From NCBI GenBank assembly GCA_965223545.1, contig OZ245006.1:3200001-3264000 (forward strand): a stretch of 64,000 nucleotides of DNA, read 5' to 3'. The notes under the pieces are model-generated. The model was not told where the DNA came from. It saw nothing but the letters and a program-made list of their open reading frames with translations, and did no database searches. Shown here in pieces: positions 60,833 to 64,000 of this stretch (the stretch's first letter is position 1; each line of letters begins with the position of its first letter). The position numbers and the translations under genes were made by a program. This DNA comes from Planctomycetota bacterium. Its GTDB lineage: Bacteria > Planctomycetota > UBA1135 > UBA2386.

Positions 60833-62968
60833 ATGCCAACACACCCCTTCGCAGCGTGTCGGCGCGGCCTCGTGGCCGCGGCCTCCGGGACGCTCGTCGC
60901 GACCGCAGCACCTGGACAAACTCCGGATCGCGAACGGATCGTCATCACGGCGACGCGCACCGCCACCGACCCGTTCGACCTCGCGTACGCCGTGGACAGC
61001 ATCGCCGCGCAGGACATCCTGCGCCGCGCCTACAGAACCACTCCGCAAGTGCTGCGCGACACTCCCGGCGTCATGGTGCAGGAGACCGCGCACGGCCACG
61101 GGTCACCGTACATTCGCGGTTTCACGAGCTTTCGCACCCTGATGATGGTGGACGGCGTCCGCCTGAATCACTCGGCGTTCCGACCGGGACCGAACCAATA
61201 CTGGAACACCGTGGACCCGCTTTCGCTCGAACGGGTGGAGGTCGTGAAAGGACCGAGCTCGGTGCTGTACGGCTCGGACGCCATCGGCGGCACGGTCAGC
61301 GTGTGGACCGCCGGGCCGACGTTCGCGCCGCCGGCAACCGAGGGACTGTTCACCGCCGGAAGGCTGTGGACGCGCTACGCATCGGCGGAAGACTCGGTGC
61401 AGGGCCGCGGCGAGATCAGTGTTGCGCACGACTGGCACGACGGGGCTCGCACCGGGCTGTTGGTCGGCGGTTCGGCGAAGGCCTTCGGCGATCTCGAAGG
61501 GGGGCGGGGGAACGGCACGCAGCCCGAGACGGGCTACGACGAGACCGACCTCGACATCAAGCTCGAGCACTGGTTCGACGAAGACGCGCGCCTTGTGGTC
61601 TACCACCAGCGAGTGGCGCAGAACGACGTCCCGCGCACGCACCGCACGATCCACGCGATCCCGTGGCGCGGCTTGAGTCAGGGCTCGGATCTGCGGCGCA
61701 ACTTCGATCAACGGCGCGAGCTGTCCTACGTTCAGTACCACCACGACGGGGGCGGCGGCGCGATCGACACGCTGCGCGCCAATCTGTCTTGGCACCGCCA
61801 CCGAGAGGTTCGCGATCGGATCCGAGGCAACGGCAACCAGGAATTCCAGGGCTTCGAAGTCGGCACGCTCGGCGCGTGGCTGCAGATGGAAGCCACCAAC
61901 GCTACCGGGCATTGGACCGTCGGCGTCGAGTACTACCGCGACCACGTCGACTCGTTCTTCCGCCGCGCCGGCACGCCGCAGCCGGGAGACGAGATCCAGG
62001 GCCCCGTGGCGGACGACGCGACGTACGACCTCCTTGGGGTCTACATCCAGGACCGCATCGAGGCCGGCGACCGGGTCGAACTGATCCTCGGTGGTCGCTT
62101 CAACTTCGCCGCGGCCAATGCGGACAGCGTGCGCGCCCCGACGACGAGCACGCGGATCTCCATCGACGATGACTGGAGCGCGTTCGTCGGCAGCGCACGC
62201 GCGCTCTGGCGCGCGCTGCCCGAGCACGTCAACGTCTACGCCGGTGTCAGCCAGGGCTTCCGCGCTCCCAACCTCTCCGACCTGACGCGATTCGACAGCG
62301 CGCGCAGCAACGAGTTCGAGATCCCGGCACTCGGTCTCCAACCCGAGGACTACCTGACCTACGAGGTCGGCACCAAGGTCGAGACCGAAGCCATCGCGCT
62401 GGAGACCGCCTACTTCTACACCGACATCGAGGACCAGATCCTGCGCTTCCCGACCGGCAACACGAGCACCGCAGGCGAAGTCGAGGTCACCAAGGGCAAC
62501 GTCGGCGACGGCCACGTCTACGGCATCGAACTCGGGTTTGCCTGCGAGGTCGCACCGGCGACGACGTTGTTCGGCAATGCGACCTACATGGAGGGTCGCA
62601 TCACCAACTTCGAGAACAGCAGCTCGACGCTCGCCGAGACCTATCTGACGCGGCTGATGCCGTTCACCGCGCAGCTCGGGTTGCGGTGGGAAGACGAGCG
62701 CGGCCGCTTTTGGGCCGAGGGCGTCGTAGTGCGCGCCGAAGACGCCGACCGGCTGTCGTTCAACGACGAGGGCGACACCAGCCGCATCCCGCCCGGCGGC
62801 ACGCCGAGCTACACGGTGGCCCACCTGCGCAGCGGCTGGAACGTGTCGGACCGCAGTCGCCTGCACGTCCTGCTCGAGAACATCACCGACGTCGACTACC
62901 GCATCCACGGCTCGGGGCTCAACCGCCCGGGCCGCAACCTGGTCCTGTCGTTCGAGACGAGCTTCTGA
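60833..62968 (+). CDS. TonB-dependent receptor
   Basis: IVITATR (TonB box), PGV..SPYIRGF, VDGVRLN, ERVEVVKGPSSVLYGSDAIGG, QGFRAPN, ENITD..Y, PGRN..terminal Phe. Confidence 0.94.
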   Translation: MPTHPFAACRRGLVAAASGTLVATAAPGQTPDRERIVITATRTATDPFDLAYAVDSIAAQDILRRAYRTTPQVLRDTPGVMVQETAHGHGSPYIRGFTSFRTLMMVDGVRLNHSAFRPGPNQYWNTVDPLSLERVEVVKGPSSVLYGSDAIGGTVSVWTAGPTFAPPATEGLFTAGRLWTRYASAEDSVQGRGEISVAHDWHDGARTGLLVGGSAKAFGDLEGGRGNGTQPETGYDETDLDIKLEHWFDEDARLVVYHQRVAQNDVPRTHRTIHAIPWRGLSQGSDLRRNFDQRRELSYVQYHHDGGGGAIDTLRANLSWHRHREVRDRIRGNGNQEFQGFEVGTLGAWLQMEATNATGHWTVGVEYYRDHVDSFFRRAGTPQPGDEIQGPVADDATYDLLGVYIQDRIEAGDRVELILGGRFNFAAANADSVRAPTTSTRISIDDDWSAFVGSARALWRALPEHVNVYAGVSQGFRAPNLSDLTRFDSARSNEFEIPALGLQPEDYLTYEVGTKVETEAIALETAYFYTDIEDQILRFPTGNTSTAGEVEVTKGNVGDGHVYGIELGFACEVAPATTLFGNATYMEGRITNFENSSSTLAETYLTRLMPFTAQLGLRWEDERGRFWAEGVVVRAEDADRLSFNDEGDTSRIPPGGTPSYTVAHLRSGWNVSDRSRLHVLLENITDVDYRIHGSGLNRPGRNLVLSFETSF

Positions 62969-63019
62969 CGTCCCCTGCGTTGGGGCGGAATTCCACCACA
63001 CGGCGCCGCCCTGACCGCC

Positions 63020-64000
63020 ATGATCGTCCCGACCATGCGTTCTATCGGAACTGCCGCGGCGCTGGCGGCAATCGCTCTCGCCGCCCCTGCACCGATCGCG
63101 GCGCAAGCACCGATCATCGTCGACGCCGCCGGTGGACCCGGCGCGCAGTTCACCCAGCTCCAGCCCGCGATCGACGCCGCCGGCCCGGGCGCCGTGCTCT
63201 TGATCCGCGCCGGCACGTATCGCGCGTTCACCCTTGCCAAGGGGCTGGCGCTGGTCGGCGAGGACGGCGCGATCGTCACCGGCCCAAGCGCGGTCCGGGA
63301 CGTGCCGGCGGGCCAGCACGTGCGCATCCGCAATTTGTTCTTGGAGACGTTGGTCATCGAGCGGTGCCCGGGCCTGGTCGCGGCGGAGATCCTCAACCTG
63401 ACGCCGCCGAGCACGCCATTCGGGCCGAGTGACGTGACGGTGATCGACATCGTCGACTCCGCCGACGTGCGCATGCGGCAGCTCGGCATCAACCCCGGGC
63501 GCAACAGTGGCCGTGACGGCGTGCGGGTGCGCAACTCCCGATTCTCCGTCGACGGCGGCGCCATCGACGGCGCTGCCGGCAGCGCGACCGGGATCGCGAG
63601 AACCGGCGGTGTCGGCTTGCGCTGCTTTGCCGGAGCCGACGTCACCGTCGCCTTCAGCCGGGTGCGCGGCGGCGCAGGCGATGTCGGCTTCCAGGGCGGC
63701 GTCGCGCTGCACGTCGGGGCGGGGGCGCGCGCCGCGGTCACCGGCAGCGAAGAGAACGAGCTGATCGGGGCGGCCGGCTCGATCTTCGGCTGCAGCCAAC
63801 CCAACGCCGCGGTCCACGTCGACGCGGGCGGCAGTCTGCGGCTATCACACCGCGTTCGGGTGAGCGGCGGAACCTCGCTCTGCGCGCCGCAAGCCCCGGC
63901 GTTCACCGGACCGGGAGTCGTCTCGCTCGCCAATCCGGTCGACCTCAGCCTGGTGGTGCGCGGGGGCATCGTGGCAGTCGGCGTGCCTTCGCAGCTGCTG
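63020..64000 (+). CDS. Secreted beta-helix (pectin-lyase-like) protein, partial
   Basis: Manual translation: signal peptide, then IIVDAAGGPGAQFTQLQPAIDAAGPGAVLLIRAGTY; absent from the ORF track, consistent with an ORF running off the window end. Confidence 0.7.
   Translation, partial: MIVPTMRSIGTAAALAAIALAAPAPIAAQAPIIVDAAGGPGAQFTQLQPAIDAAGPGAVLLIRAGTYRAFTLAKGLALVGEDGAIVTGPSAVRDVPAGQHVRIRNLFLETLVIERCPGLVAAEILNLTPPSTPFGPSDVTVIDIVDSADVRMRQLGINPGRNSGRDGVRVRNSRFSVDGGAIDGAAGSATGIARTGGVGLRCFAGADVTVAFSRVRGGAGDVGFQGGVALHVGAGARAAVTGSEENELIGAAGSIFGCSQPNAAVHVDAGGSLRLSHRVRVSGGTSLCAPQAPAFTGPGVVSLANPVDLSLVVRGGIVAVGVPSQLL

Overview
High-GC bacterial DNA, probably Planctomycetota (inferred from the DUF1549/DUF1553 planctomycete-cytochrome plus DUF1501 pair and an ECF sigma factor with a long C-terminal extension). 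About 28 kb (8.4-36.6 kb, mostly minus strand) is an aryl-polyene/flexirubin-like type II PKS/FAS cluster. It has two KS/chain-length-factor pairs, FabG, one ACP, two dehydratase domains, two acyltransferases, GT2, thioesterase, LolA-like, MMPL, DUF3261, an O-methyltransferase and two flavin-dependent halogenase-like enzymes. The cluster is interrupted by a RAYT-like HUH transposase and a complete IIC-like group II intron with non-canonical termini (TTGCG...GC). The intron sits inside a copy of a long palindrome that belongs to a REP/BIME-like mosaic. The rest of the window holds a MATE pump, a hybrid sensor kinase, BlaI/BlaR1 with visible operators, hipBA with three operators, a TonB receptor, several secreted proteins sharing a similar C-terminal domain, and two diverged copies of a ~200-bp double-hairpin intergenic element. 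All calls come from reading motifs by eye; no database searches were run. Several starts were moved from the ORF track to more plausible codons.
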